NCBI GenBank assembly: GCA_043228905.1
Contig: JBHGNT010000014.1
Coordinates: 13,330,001-13,394,000 of the forward strand
From: Azolla caroliniana
Taxonomy: Eukaryota > Plantae > Polypodiophyta
DNA: 64,000 bases
Direction of reading: 5' to 3'
The position numbers and the translations under genes are program-made. This document shows, piece after piece, positions 13,397 through 26,965 of the stretch (position 1 is its first letter; every line of letters starts with the position of its first letter). The notes beneath the pieces are model-generated. The model saw only the letters and a list, made by a program, of their open reading frames with translations. It was not told where the DNA came from and ran no database searches.

Positions 13397-16300
13397 TGTT
13401 GGGATTACGGTCCCTTTCGGATGGGATGGTCGGATATCGGAGATGAATGCCGACAAGCCCGGTTTTCGGTTTCGGAACCGGATGATGAAGACCCCGGCTT
13501 CGGAGCCGGATGACGAATGTACCCGGAGCGAGATCCGGATGCGGGGACATATCTGTGAATATGTTTGCCAAGGGCCCTTGAGGCTATAGTTGTAAATAGC
13601 CCCAAAGTCATATGTGTATAAATATGACTTAGGGCAAACAGTTTTTAGGTTGCTTCTCATTTTTCTGTTTTTCCACTCAAGAGGAGTGAAGAGAGAGAGC
13701 AGCCGTGAGAGAGAGATAGAGCGTGAGAGACGAGGAGGTCGAAGCCTCTGTGTATTTCCGCCGCCTGTGGCGAGGACAGCGAGCTCAAGGTCGTCGCCTT
13801 GCAGCTCGCCATTGTATACTTCTCTGTGCATAGTGTTTGGTTTGGAGTCTTGTGCTCCCGTGGTTTTTCCCGTCTAGGGTTTTCCACGTTAATCCCTGTG
13901 TATTCGTGTTCTTCCTCTGTGGTTCCTATTTTCTGCTGCATTGATTCGTGCTTACTCGGTTGTGGCCGAGTGGTGAAGGTTAATCGGAGCGTCGATTGCT
14001 CTACAAACTGGTATCAGAGCGACTGCTGCAGAAAATGGAAGGCGGCGGCAGCGGGCAGCCGGGGATGATGGTGCTGAATGCGCAGAATTATGCCGACTGG
14101 AAGATCAAGATGGAGGATCTCCTGATTGTTCGGGACCTGTACGAACCGATTGACAGGTCGGAAATACCGAAGGGGGTACTTGAGTCGGAATGGAGGCTTC
14201 TGAACCGGAAAGCCGTTGCAACCATTCGGCAATACGTAGACGTGAGCGTTCTACAACACGTGGCGAACGACACCAACGCATATGAGATGTGGCGGAAGCT
14301 GTCGGGCCTCTACGAGAGGAAGAATGCGTTGAACCGGACCTCCCTGATGAGGAAGATAGTGAACCTCAAGTACCGGGACGGCGAGAGTATGGTGGAACAC
14401 GTAAGCACGTTCATGGGATTCGTGAACCAGCTTGCGGCGATCAAGTTCCCGCTGGAGGATGCAATGCAAGCCATCATTCTGATGTGTACATTGCCGGAAA
14501 GCTGGGAAAACTTGGTGGTAACTCTCAGCACCTCCTGCACCGAAGATAACTTGTCCCTACAAACGGTAAAGACAAGTATTCTGAACGAAGAAGCGCGTCG
14601 GAGAGATAAAGAACCGGCCTCCGATCCGAAGATGTTGTTTACCGAATCGGATTGGGGAAGACAGTGGAACCGGAGTCCGCAAAGACGGGAGAAGTCGGGG
14701 ACCCGGTCGCAGTCAAGAGGAAGGCCCACATGCTTCCACTGTGGGAAGCCGGGGCACTTCCGAAAGATATGTCGGCATTACCGAAAAGACAACGGAGCCG
14801 ATGACACCGATTCGAAGAAGTCACCGGAGAGGTCCGGATCGGCGAGGGCAGGACCGGAAAGGAACGACGGCACTCGCGGCAAGTGAAGAGGAGATCATGC
14901 TCATCACCGAAGAAGGTGAACTAAACATTGCCGGCGATGAGACGACCTGGGTGGTCGATTCCGGAGCATCGTTCCACCTGACCCCGGAGAGAAGATACTT
15001 CTCATCCTACACAGCCGGTGAGCATGGCTGTGTTCGGATGGGAAACGAAGGTACGTGCCGGATTGCTGGTATAGGAGACGTGTGGTTGACAACCCCGACC
15101 GGATGCAAAATGCTGCTGAAGAATGTCCGACACGTTCCGGAGGTCCGACTGAACCTGATTTCGGCCGGGAGGCTAGACGATGAAGGCTACACAGGTAGCA
15201 TCCGGAACGGCGTAATGAAGTTCAGCAAGGGGAGCCTGATAGTGGTTCGGGCCCGGAAAGACAACACACTGTACCTGATGAATGCCCGATTATGTCCGGA
15301 AGAGCTGAATGTGGCAGCCGACACTGCCGGTGAGCTGTGGCACAAAAGACTGTGCCACATGAGTGAGAAGGGGATGAAGAGGCTTGCCGAAGACAACCTG
15401 ATACCGGTAAAGCACGTACACCTGGAGAAGTGTACCGATTGCCTGGCCGGTAAACAGAACCGAACCTCCTTCCACTCAAGGCCACCGACGAGACGTAGCG
15501 CACCATTGGAGTTGGTGCACACTGATGTGTGTCAGGTAGAAACGAAGTCACATGGCGGAGCCCAGTACTTTGTAACATTCATTGATGATCACAGCCGGAA
15601 GCTGTGGACGGCACCGTTGAAGACAAAGGACCAAGTGTTGTGCGTCTTCAAAGAACTCCACGCGAGAGTGGAAAGGGAATCCAGCAAGAAGCTGAAATCG
15701 ATACGAGCGGATAACGGAGGGGAATACCGGGGGCAGTTCCAGGAGTACTGTCGCTCGAAGGGAATCCGGCTCGAGTTTACTGTGCCGAAGACGCAAGAAC
15801 TGAACGGGCTGGCCGAGAGGATGAATCGGACCATAATGGAGAGGGTCCGGAGTATGCTGGCGCATGCGGAATTACCCAAGGGGTTTTGGGCTGAGGCGAT
15901 GTCGACGGCGACATACGTGATAAACAGATCACCCTCAGTACCTTTGGGCGGAGACACGCCGCAGAGAGTGTGGACCGGTAGGGAAGTATCCTACCGGCAT
16001 CTGAAGGTGTTCGGGTGTCTCGCATACGTGCATGTGGCAAAGGACCGGAGAGGAAAGCTAGATCCAAAGACCCGCCCATGCATATTCCTCGGTTACGGCG
16101 ATGACGAGTTCGGCTACCGAATATGGGACCCTGTCGACAAGAAGATATTCCGGAGTCGTGATATCATCTTCATGGAGAACAAGACACTCGCCGACTGGGA
16201 GTCGGAGAAGAAGATGAAGAGCTCCAAGTCGACCGGTGAGGATCAACTCTACGAGGAGCAGTCCCAACCGGCAAGGGACCGGTTAGCACTCGAGGATCCG

Positions 16301-18692
16301 GCCGAAGACGGTGAAGAAACAGAACCGGCCGAAGAAGATGAAAATGATACCGGAACCGGCCCCGATCCCGAAATGGATTCGGACGAAGAAGAATCGGAAG
16401 AACCGGTTACCGAAGCTCCGGAACGGAGATATCCTCTAAGAGAGAGAAGGGCCCCCCGGAGATTTCCGGAACCAGAGCACCTGTTGCTAACCGACGAGGG
16501 GGAGCCGGAGAGCTTTGAAGAAGCAAAGCATGACACCCAGAGCCGCAGGTGGTTGAGTGCCATGCAGGACGAGATGGATTCCCTGCATGAGAACCACACA
16601 TATGAACTTGTGGAGTTGCCGAAAGGAAAGCGGGCACTTCGAAACAAGTGGGTGTTCAAGCTGAAACCGGGAGATGCCGGAAACCCCCCGAGATACAAAG
16701 CCAGGATCGTGGTGAAGGGGTTTCAGCAGAAGAAGGGCGTCGACTTCGACGAGATATTTGCCCCGGTAGTGAAGATGACCTCCATCCGGACGGTGCTGAG
16801 CATAGCGGCAAGCATGGACCTCGAGGTAGAACAGATGGACGTGAAGACGACATTCCTTCACGGTGACCTCGAAGAAGAGATCTACATGCAGCAACCGGAA
16901 GGATTCGAGAAGAAAGGGAAGGAGCACCTGGTATGCCGGTTGAAGAAGAGCCTTTACGGACTGAAGCAGGCTCCCCGGCAATGGTACCGGAAGTTCGACT
17001 CCTTCATGACCGACGAAGGGTACCTCAAAACGCAGTCCGACCACTGCGTGTTTGTGAAGAAGTTCGAAGGAGGAGACTTTCTAATACTCCTCCTGTACGT
17101 GGACGACATGTTGATCGTCGGACGGGACCAGGTCAAGATACGGATGCTGAAGAAGGCTCTTCACCGAACCTTCTCAATGAAGGACCTGGGTCCGGCGAGA
17201 CAAATACTAGGGATGCACATCATCCGGGACCGGAGCAAGAAGCAGTTGTGGCTGTCACAGGAAAAGTACGTGACAAAGGTGCTTAAACGGTTCAACATGT
17301 CGGAAGCAAGACCGGTCGGATCGACCCTCCCGGCAAACTGCAAGCTGTCCAACAAGCAAAGTCCCAAGACAAAGGCTGAAAAGGAGGATATGATGAAAGT
17401 GCCGTATGCCTCAGCCATCGGGAGCTTGATGTACGCCATGGTGTGTACGAGACCGGACATAGGATATGTAGTCGGAGCGGTGAGCCGGTACATGAGCAAT
17501 CCCGGCAAAGAGCATTGGAACGCGGCCAAGTGGATACTCCGATACCTGAAGGGCACGGCAAACGTGTGCCTCCGATTCGGCTCCGGTAAGCCCGAACTCG
17601 ACGGCTTTACCGATTCGGATATGTCGGCTGATGCAGATACCAGCCGGTCCACATCTGGGTATGTGATGACGTATGCAGGGGGAGCTGTTTCATGGCAGTC
17701 GAGGCTGCAGAAGACGGTTGCGTTGTCAACCACGGAGGCGGAGTACATGGCGGCTGTTGAAGCCGGCAAGGAAATAATATGGATGAAGGACTTCATTAGA
17801 GAGCTCGGTATCCGACAGGAGGAGTACCGACTCTACTGCGACAGTCAGAGTGCAATCCACCTTGCGAAGAATGCGGCCTATCACTCCCAGACGAAGCACA
17901 TCCAGCGAAGATATCACTGGATCCGGGAAAGGATAGAAGACAAGGAGTTCGTGCTGACGAAGGTCCACACGGACGAGAACGGGTCGGATATGCTGACCAA
18001 GGTGCTCACACCCGACAAGCTGGAAGCATGCCGGAAGAGGATTGGATTGGAGAGACATCCCATGCCGAAGTGAAGGGGGAGTTTGTTGGGATTACGGTCC
18101 CTTTCGGATGGGATGGTCGGATATCGGAGATGAATGTCGACAAGCCCGGTTTTCGGTTTCGGAACCGGATGATGAAGACCCCGGCTTCGGAGCCGGATGA
18201 CGAATGTACCCGGAGCGAGATCCGGATGCGGGGACATATCTGTGAATATGTTTGCCAAGGCCCCTTGAGGCTATAGTTGTAAATAGCCCCAAAGTCATAT
18301 GTGTATAAATATGACTTAGGGCAAACAGTTTTTAGGTTGCTTCTCATTTTTCTGTTTTTCCACTCAAGAGGAGTGAAGAGAGAGAGCAGCCGTGAGAGAG
18401 AGATAGAGCGTGAGAGACGAGGAGGTCGAAGCCTCTGTGTATTTCCGCCGCCTGTGGCGAGGACAACGAGCTCAAGGTCGTCGCCTTGCAGCTCGCCATT
18501 GTATACTTCTCTGTGCATAGTGTTTGGTTTGGAGTCTTGTGCTCCCGTGGTTTTTCCCGTCTAGGGTTTTCCACGTTAATCCCTGTGTATTCGTGTTCTT
18601 CCTCTGTGGTTCCTATTTTCTGCTGCATTGATTCGTGCTTACTCGGTTGTGGCCGAGTGGTGAAGGTTAATCGGAGCGTCGATTGCTCTACA
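13397..18692 (+). mobile_element. Young full-length Ty1/copia element E (Tnt1-like)
   Basis: 609-bp LTRs at 13397-14005 and 18084-18692 (about 3 differences); TSD GATTA at 13392-13396 and 18693-18697; PBS TGGTATCAGAGC at 14009-14020; PPT GAAGGGGGAG before the 3' LTR. Confidence 0.97.
14035..18073 (+). CDS. gag-pol of E (gag 14035-14886; pol in the +1 frame to 18073)
   Basis: CFHCGKPGHFRKIC, WVVDSGAS, integrase, RT LYVDDML, RH SDMLTK. One frame change between gag and protease, no internal stops in pol. Confidence 0.9.
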
Positions 18693-20118
18693 GATTACTT
18701 TCATAGAAGAGGACTACGAAGGCAAATTCGTGGAGATCGGGAAATACTTGAGTTCTCTCCAAAAAGATGAATCATGGTCGACGGAAGACTTCCATCGAAT
18801 TCGGAAGAAAGCATACAAGTATTTCCTTAAGGATGGAGCTCTTTGGAAGCATGCAAAAAAGAAGAATGGGACTCCGATGAGAGTTGTCTGCAAGCTAGAA
18901 GACCAACAAAAACTAATGTCCGAATTTCATGATAGTGTTTTTGCAGGCCATCGAGGAATATGGGCTACGTTTGCGAAGCTTAAGGAGAAATATTGGTGGC
19001 CGGGCATCTACAAAGATGTAGCAGCTTATGTGGAAACATGTAAGGAATGTCAAATGTTTTCGAATATTCGCCATCGAGATGGACTTCATCCGACTTACCC
19101 GTTGGCTATGCATTACAAGTGGATGGTGGACATAGTGATGATGCCAATGGGACGATGGCAGATGAAGTATCTTGTGCTCGCGAGAGAGGATCTTACCAAT
19201 CAAGTTGAAGGGCGAGCATTAAGAACTAAGGAGACATCATCGGTATGCCGATTCCTTCTTGAAGATGTTATTTGCAGATATGGATGCGTCGGCAAGATAG
19301 TGGCTGATAGAGGCGAGTTGGACGCCAATGAAGCTAGAGAATTCTTCTCGAGGATGGGAATCAAATTATCTCTTACCATGGCGTATAATCCGGAAGCAAA
19401 TGGGAAGGTGGAGCGTGGACATGGACCGATTGTGAAGGCTCTAGTGAAAGCTTGCCATGGGAAAATAGGAGAATGGCCACGTCTATTGCCATTTGCATTA
19501 TGGGCTGACAGGACTACTCATAGCACGGTGACGGGATACATGCCGGCAGAGCTCATATTCGGACAAAAGCCAATAATGCCGGTAGAACAAAGTATTATTT
19601 CATGGTTTGCATTGCCATGGCAAGATGAGATATGTAGAGAAGATCTTCTAGCATTGAGGATTCGACAATTAGAGCGGAATTTGGAAGATGTAGAGGTGGC
19701 TAAAGCGCGGCTAAAGAATGCAAGGCTAAAGAACAAGAAAGACTTCGATAAACGACACGACATCGACTTCGGCCGAGGAAAATCGTTGAAGGAGATTGGG
19801 TGCTAGTCTATGATAGTAGCCTAGATAACCAACATAGTACGGCTCGAAAATTCTCACAACGATGGTTTGGGCCATATGTGGTGAAGAAAGTGGAAGATAA
19901 TGCAACATATCATTTAGTAGAACTAGATGGTACACCACTTGCCTTGCCAATTGCCGGTAAAAGAATCAAGATCTTCAAGAGAAGAGATAGAATAGAAATT
20001 GGATTCGAAGCTTTTGACGATTCAGTCTTAAGCATCGATGAAAAAGTATAGTAAACAAAAATGAATCCTCACCAAAATTGGCACATACCGGTGGATGTGC
20101 AGGTTTGGTGGGGGCGAA

Positions 20119-20910
20119 TGTCGTGTGAATCTTCACACACTATGTAAAAAAATAATGAAATAATTATTATAGATTAGATTAGTAGCTTACTATAGAAAGA
20201 TGGATATACTCAAGAGCTTCAAAATGTATTTTACTATATACAAAATGGAGAAATACATATCAAGTTATGAGAAAATGAAGTTTGATTAGATAGAGAAATT
20301 AGAACTATCCCACATAGATAGGAAAGTTAAGGCCCTGGCTATATAAACACTTTGAGCTCCCTCATTTTTCATTTGTGCTAAGAGCACTTTGACCACTTTG
20401 TCTTGATGGATGATGGTGGCCAAATTCCCTAAAACCGGAAACCGGCCGGTAAGCAAATCTGGAAACGGGCCCGGTAAGCAAATCCGGAAACGGGCTGGTA
20501 TGCAATCTGGAAATTGGTTGGTATGCAAAATCGGAACCGGCCGGCAAGCAAACCGGAACTGGAATGGGTATGCAAAGCCGGAAACCGGTTGGCAAGCAAA
20601 GCCGGAAACCGGTTGGCAAGCAAAGCCGGAAACCGGTTGGCAAGCAAAGCCGGAAATCGGCCGGTAAGCAAAGCCGGAAATCGGCCGGTAAGCAAAACCG
20701 GAACCGGAACCGGAACCGGCAAGCAAACCGGTACCGGCGGGCAAGCAAAACCGGAACTGGAACCGGCCGGCAAGCAAAATCGAAACCGGAACTGGAACCG
20801 GCAAGCAATCCGGAAACGGGCCGGTATGCAAACCGGAACTGGAACGGGTATGCAAACCGGAAACCGGTCGGCAAGCAAAGTTCACGTATCCTCGTCGTAT
20901 TTTCGCGACA
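20119..20910 (+). repeat. 3' LTR of C (792 bp, internally deleted)
   Basis: Joins the minisatellite directly to the last ~30 bp of the LTR at a CAAAG microhomology. Confidence 0.9.
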
Positions 20911-23900
20911 ACGCGAGGCTTTCCAGCAAGCGGCGCAGGAAATTAGAGCGGATCGCTCGTTTTCCAACGTAATCCGGAGAGTAGCGGAGGACTCCCTCTG
21001 GTTACAACAAACATTGCACCCGGACAACGGTAGCAACCTAAGCAGCCTCCGGGAAACCGAATCCCTTCTCCACGCGTTGGCAAACGGAGAAGGCGAAGCA
21101 AAGGCCTTTTCAGCATATGAATCGGACTCCGAAGGGGAATACAGCGTGCACACGAACTACCGTAGCAGCAACGAAACCCCGGGCGGACCGGAGGACGAAG
21201 GATCAGATACCTTACCGACACCGGAACCGGAACCGGAAGTGCTAACGCAGGAACCCCCGGAACCAGCAGAATAAGAACGACCTCCGACACCGGAAGTCGA
21301 AGAGGAGAGGCCTCCGTCACCAAAGGAAGAGAAACAACCGACACCGGAATCAAATCGGGAAAGACCACCGACACTGGAGAAAATTCCGGAACGAGCACCG
21401 ACACTACCAACCCGCGCACCGATACTGGACGACGACATGCCGTTCCAGTACTCCAAATATAGAGATGATCCGAACGCGGAAGCTCATGTGCACGCCTTTG
21501 AACAGACATGGGAAGCCAACCATGTGTCCTTGCGATTGACCCCAGAAGAAGAACGCTCTAAGATAGCGGAATTTGGCGTCACATTGGAGGGACCAACAAC
21601 AAGATGGCGCCAGACGCAGGACCCGTCTACCATCAACACCTTTGCAGATTTAAAAGCTAAATTCATGCATTTTTTTCAAAAGGAGGTGGACCAGACCGTA
21701 ATGGTAGGCATATTTTATACCATCCGACAAGAGGCAGGGAAGAGCATTCCCCAATTTGTCATCCGGTTTCAACGGATGCATAGTCAGCTTACCCGTGCAC
21801 CCCCGGAGGAGGAATTACGGACGATATTCCTAAACGCGCTCCGGAAACCCCTACGCACGGTTTGCACGGTAATTGATTTCCGCACAAGTACCATCGACCA
21901 GGTCATTGACCGGGTGAAAGAGATGGAAAAGACAAGCTCCTGGCTCACACTGGGCGCACTTCAACGAGCGTTACCGTCCGATGAAGACCTCCGGTTTCGG
22001 CAAGCAATACAGTGCACAACCTGCTTGAATTCCGGACACTCGGCTCTAGAATGCACTATGAGGACGCAATGTGTAATCTGTCAATCCAAGAGCCATACGA
22101 CGGATAGGTGCGAGTATAATCTGTTGACTCGGCAAGCACCGCCCGTCTGACAAATTGAGCCACGCAGCACCCGGGATGAAGAAGACGAACGCTGGCGGCG
22201 AATGGACCGTGACCGACCGGCACAGGATGTCCAGTATGGCGAGCGACGGGAAAATGATGTCCGGTACGGTGATCGGCGAGAGAACTATGATCGGCATGAT
22301 CGGTACCAGGATTACAATAGACGATACGAACAGTACGACCGGGAGCACTCCCCCGGGTATCGTCAGCAACGGGAGGAATACGGCAGATATAACGGGCAAC
22401 CCCGTCAAGAGTACCGTAATAAGAAAAGCTATAACAAAAAACGGCATTTTAAAAAAGGCGGCTACCCCCGGGATCCGGAACAAGGAGCTCCAAGTAGCCA
22501 ACCGGTACAAAACCCCGCGCGTACCGTAGGACCTGCCCCGGGCACAACAGACAATGCCGAATCTAGCAATGCCTGGAAGGCCTACTGCTACTACTGCCGA
22601 CAGGAAGGCCACTATAGTAACCAATGCCCGGTGAAGAGCTATGAAAAACGACCGGCGGTAAATATGGTAGTCCCTGAGGTGGCAGACCTGCAACAGGTGA
22701 CCACAAGGTCGAAGGGCATGGCCAAAGAATGGGAGACACAGGAGACCATCCGGAAACAAGCAACGGAATGGGTAAAGAAAGCAAACGAGTAGAATGTCAC
22801 AGACTTACAGCAGCAAAAGGAGAACACCGCAGGGCTTGCCGACGGTAGTCACTCCGAGAACGAGACATGGCAGGCGTTGCAAGAATGCCAGATTACGTTA
22901 CCACTAGGAAGACTCCTACAACTCGTGCCTAGATTCACGGAAGGACTGAAGACGACCATGACGACAGGAGAACCATCACCATCACCGGCACCAGTACTCT
23001 TCTCGAATCCGGAGGAGGGACCAACAGTGGTAGACACCAGCAGTCCGGTAATCACGGCCATTGTAAAAGGGAAAGAGCTCCCCGACACAGTTATAGACGG
23101 AGGCTCTAGGGTAAATGTAATAAGCCTCCAGACGTGTGAGGACCTAGGAATCCACGAGTGGGAGCCGTGTCCGTTCTGGTTGCGGATGGCCGATACAAGC
23201 TCAGTGCGGCCGACAGGATTAATACGGAAATTAGAAGTCACCGTCGGAGGGCATACATTTCACATCTCAGCCGTAGTGCTACAATTACAGGCACAAGGTG
23301 CCTACCCGCTATTGCTGGGGCGGCCATGGTTGAAAACGGCACATATCAAACAAAATTGGCGAAAAAATATAATTACCTTCTGGCGAGGAAAAGCCAAGGT
23401 ACGGGTACCAACACAGCCAAGGACGAGCACTGGCAAGGAATGTACACCGTTGTATGCGGAATGCATCAACATGCTAGAAGGGTTAGCGGACGAAGAAGAA
23501 GCTCAATACCTGCAGGAAAACCCGAAGATCATACCCCTCTTCGAAATTGACATTGCCGAAGCCGTAGCACCGTATTTACCGCAACTGGAAGAGGCGGAAG
23601 CAGAACCGGATAAAGACGCAATCCGGGAGTTACGGCAAGCGCAGGAAGCGTTGGAACGGGAAATGGCCGTTTCACAGCGCGTAAAAGCATCGCAACTGGA
23701 AGAGGTGAATTTAGGCACCACGGACGAAGCAAAACCGGTGCACATCGCCAAGGAGATGAAGTCCGAAGACAAAACGGCGATGATAACACTTCTCACGGAA
23801 TTCCGGGATGTGTTCGCCTGGTCATACGAAGATATGTGAGGACTCGACCCTCGGTTATACCAGCATCAAGTACACTTGAGCAAGGACGCAAAACCAGTGG

Positions 23901-26900
23901 CACAAAGACGGTACCGGATGAATCCCAATTATGCAACCAAGGTCAAGGAAGAAATCGACAAACTGCTAAGAGTTGGCTTTATCCGTCCGGTAAAGAAAGC
24001 GACATGGCTGAGCCCAATCGTAGTCGTACCGAAGAAGAACGGAAAAATTCGAGTTTGCGTAGACTACCGGAAACTCAATGCGGCTACGGTAACGGATGCG
24101 TTTCCACTTCCGTTCACAGATGGAGTGTTGGATGCCGTCGCCGGCCATGAGGTCTATAGCTTTCTGGACGGATTCAGCGGGTATAATCAGATCCGGATGC
24201 ACCCCGACGACCAGGAGAAAACGGCATTAGTCACCGAATGGGGGGTGTTTGTGGCCGTGGTGATGATGTTCGGACTCAAAACGGCACCAGCAACGTTTCA
24301 AAGAATCATCATGGAAATCTTTGGTGAATATATACCGGCTTTTATGCAGGTTTTCCTTGACGATTTCGCCGTCTATAGCCGGGAGGAGGACCATTTTCAG
24401 CACCTCCGTCTTTGTCTAGAAAAGTGTAGACCGTACCGGCTAAGCTTGAATCCGGCAAAATGTGTATTTGGCGTGTCCAGTGGAACTTTATTAGGACATA
24501 TCGTGAGCCAGGAAGGTATTGCAGTCGACCCGGACAAAGTGAAAGCCATATTAGAAGCACCAGCACCGGCAACGACAAAGGCATTAAGCCGGTTCTTAGG
24601 CCAGTTCCGGTGGCACAGCCGGATGCTCCGATACTTGGCCGACCTGGCTACACCGTTGCATGCCGCCGTACATCGAACACCATTCCAGTGGACCGATACT
24701 GAGGATAGGGTGTATAAGGCCCTCAAGGTACTATTGTCGCAGGCACCGGTAGTACAACCTCCGGATTGGAGTAAAGAATTTCACGTGTTCGTGGACGCCT
24801 CCGACATCGCAATCGGAAGCGTACTGATGCAGCTTACGGAACCAAAGTGGTACCGGCCAGTGTACTATGCCAGCCGGAAGCTATCCCAAGCAGAACGGAA
24901 CTACTCTACGACGGAACGGGAAGCTCTAGGAATGATCTACAGTGTGACAAAGTTTCGGCACTATTTATTGGGAAGGAAGTTTTCCTTCCATGTAGATCAT
25001 TCGGCACTCCTTTACCTAGTGTCCAAGGCATCACTCACCGGCAAATTGGCCCGGTGGACCTTATTGTTACAGGAGTTCGAGTTTGAAATATTCCACCGAC
25101 CCGGTATACAGCATGCCGTAGCGGATTACTTAAGCCGATTGGAGTCCGGAGAGACGGGTGACGGAGCACTGGATGAGTTTCCGGATGCGGAGCTGTTTCA
25201 AGTCACTACGGAGACGGCAACAGATGAGACAGTGGCCCAGGAAGATAAGTGGCTCACAAATATGCACCAGTTTCTGAGCACAGGACTGCCTCCGGAAGAG
25301 CTGAACCGGGACGAACGGAAACGCCTGGCGGTACAAAGCCGACATTTCTGCTTACTGCAAGACACACTGTACCACAAAGGCGCTGACGGCATATGGAGAC
25401 GGGCGGTGCGCAGCGATGAAAAGGAACTGATACTGAGGGAAGCCCACTGCGGAGTTGCCGGAGGTCACTATGCCGGAGATGCGACAGCCAGAAAAATATG
25501 GCAAAGTGGCCTATGGTGGCCAACGACATTAAGAGATGCGGTACGGTATGCAAAAGAATGTGACCTATGCCAGAGAATGGGCCAGCCAACGGAGCAGGCT
25601 CATATGCCACACCAGCCAGTACTACCACTCGAGCCATTCCAAAAGTGGGGGTTGGACTTTGTAGGACCGTTCAAGCCACCGGCAATGAGAATGGGTAATC
25701 GGTACGTTATCGTTGCTACGGATTACTGCACGAAATGGGTGGAGGCCAAAACTTTATGGGATCACACCGCTGCGTCAACGACAAAGTTTCTATATGAGTA
25801 CATCTGGTGCCGTTACGGATGCCCCATTGAATTGATAAGTGACCAAGGGGGGCACTTTCTCGGACAAGTAGTGGAAAGCCTAACGACCTTCTATGCCGTG
25901 GTCCACAAACGAAGCACACCTTACTATCCACAGGCGAACAGATTAGCGGAATCAACAAACAAGACGCTCCAGAACATCCTTCGGAAGATCGTCAACGAGA
26001 ACCGGACGGATTGGGACACAAAGCTACATAGCGCGCTTTGGGCATACCGGACGGCATACAAAACGAGCATCCGAACAACACCGTTCCGGTTGGCGTTCGG
26101 ACTCGAGGCGGTCATGCCGGTAGAATTTCAAGTACCTAGCTTACGGATCCAGCTACGAGAACGGCTGAACGAGAAGGAGTCGGAGACAATAAGGTTGACA
26201 ACGCTGTGTGAGTTGGAGGAACAACGGTTGGCCAACATCCTACATTTAGAATTGGAGCAACGGCGACGGAAAGCATTCGTCGACCGGCACAGGAAAGGTA
26301 ACGAAAAAATGTTCGCAATCGGCAAACCAGTGTTAGTATTCCAAACCCGGATGGGCAAGATGCCGGGTTAACTAAGGTTTAGATGGACCGGACCATATTG
26401 GCTAACACGGGAGTATAATGGGTCCTACCAGTTGGGGACACTTGCCGGCGAAGTGCTGGGCAAATGGGTCAATGGATTCCGGTTAAAGGCATATAGAGGA
26501 CCGATGCCTAAGAACCCGTTTGAGCAATGGACCGACGACAACCACCAAGACGGCAGAGACGGCAAGCCGGGAACCGGAGAGAATGAGGCTGGTAAGGGTC
26601 CGGGAGGACCAACGGACATGTGACGTCACACTAATAATAATAATAACTGAAAAAAAAAAAAAACAATCATGCAAAAGCGAGGAATGAAGGGATGAATGAG
26701 CGTGGAGCGAAAAGGTACGTAGTGGGCATTTAAAGCGCCACCACAGGACATAATGCTATTTTAAGTACGCGACATGCACAAACTCGAAAAAGGCGCCAGA
26801 ATGCACAGACAAAAACCATTGCGCGTAGAGACCCTCTACTTTCGCGAACCCAGGAGCACAGAAGCACCGAAACGCTGCAAGATCATCAGACGAGAACCTG

Positions 26901-26965
26901 CGCACAGAGAACCCCGCTCTCATCACCATCCATCCTCGTCACCGCAATCCGACCCCGACACAGAG

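Larger units (their letters stand above)
11290..20051 (+). pseudogene. ORF2 (RT-RNase H-integrase) of C, split by E (11290-13396 plus 18698-20051)
   Basis: RT LPQGATNS and FLDDIPIKG; RH VDTS...; integrase GHRG, CKEC, ADRGE and WFGPY. In frame after excising E; small frameshift near 19757. Confidence 0.92.
2020..20910 (+). mobile_element. Ty3/gypsy LTR retrotransposon C, nested in the gag start of B
   Basis: LTRs at 2020-3514 and 20119-20910 (TGTCGTG...CGCGACA); tRNA-Trp PBS; PPT-like GGTGGGGGCGAA; probable 4-bp TSD AAGC/ACGC (1 mismatch) whose removal restores B's reading frame. Confidence 0.93.
1951..26623 (+). pseudogene. gag-pol of B (1951-2019 joined to 20915-26623), one frame with 5 premature stops
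   Basis: ORF pieces at 20564, 21437, 22202, 22877, 23876 and 26432 are all in one frame. Motifs: CCHC knuckles, protease IDGGS, RT (VMMFGLKTAPATFQR, FLDDF), RNase H (VDASD, YSTTERE), integrase (HHCC, WGLDFVGP, SDQG), C-terminal WTGPY. Confidence 0.93.

Noticed and set aside
15187-17796. Many antisense ORFs over the copia and gypsy pol genes
   Set aside because: Shadow ORFs of GC-rich coding sequence with no recognisable motifs.
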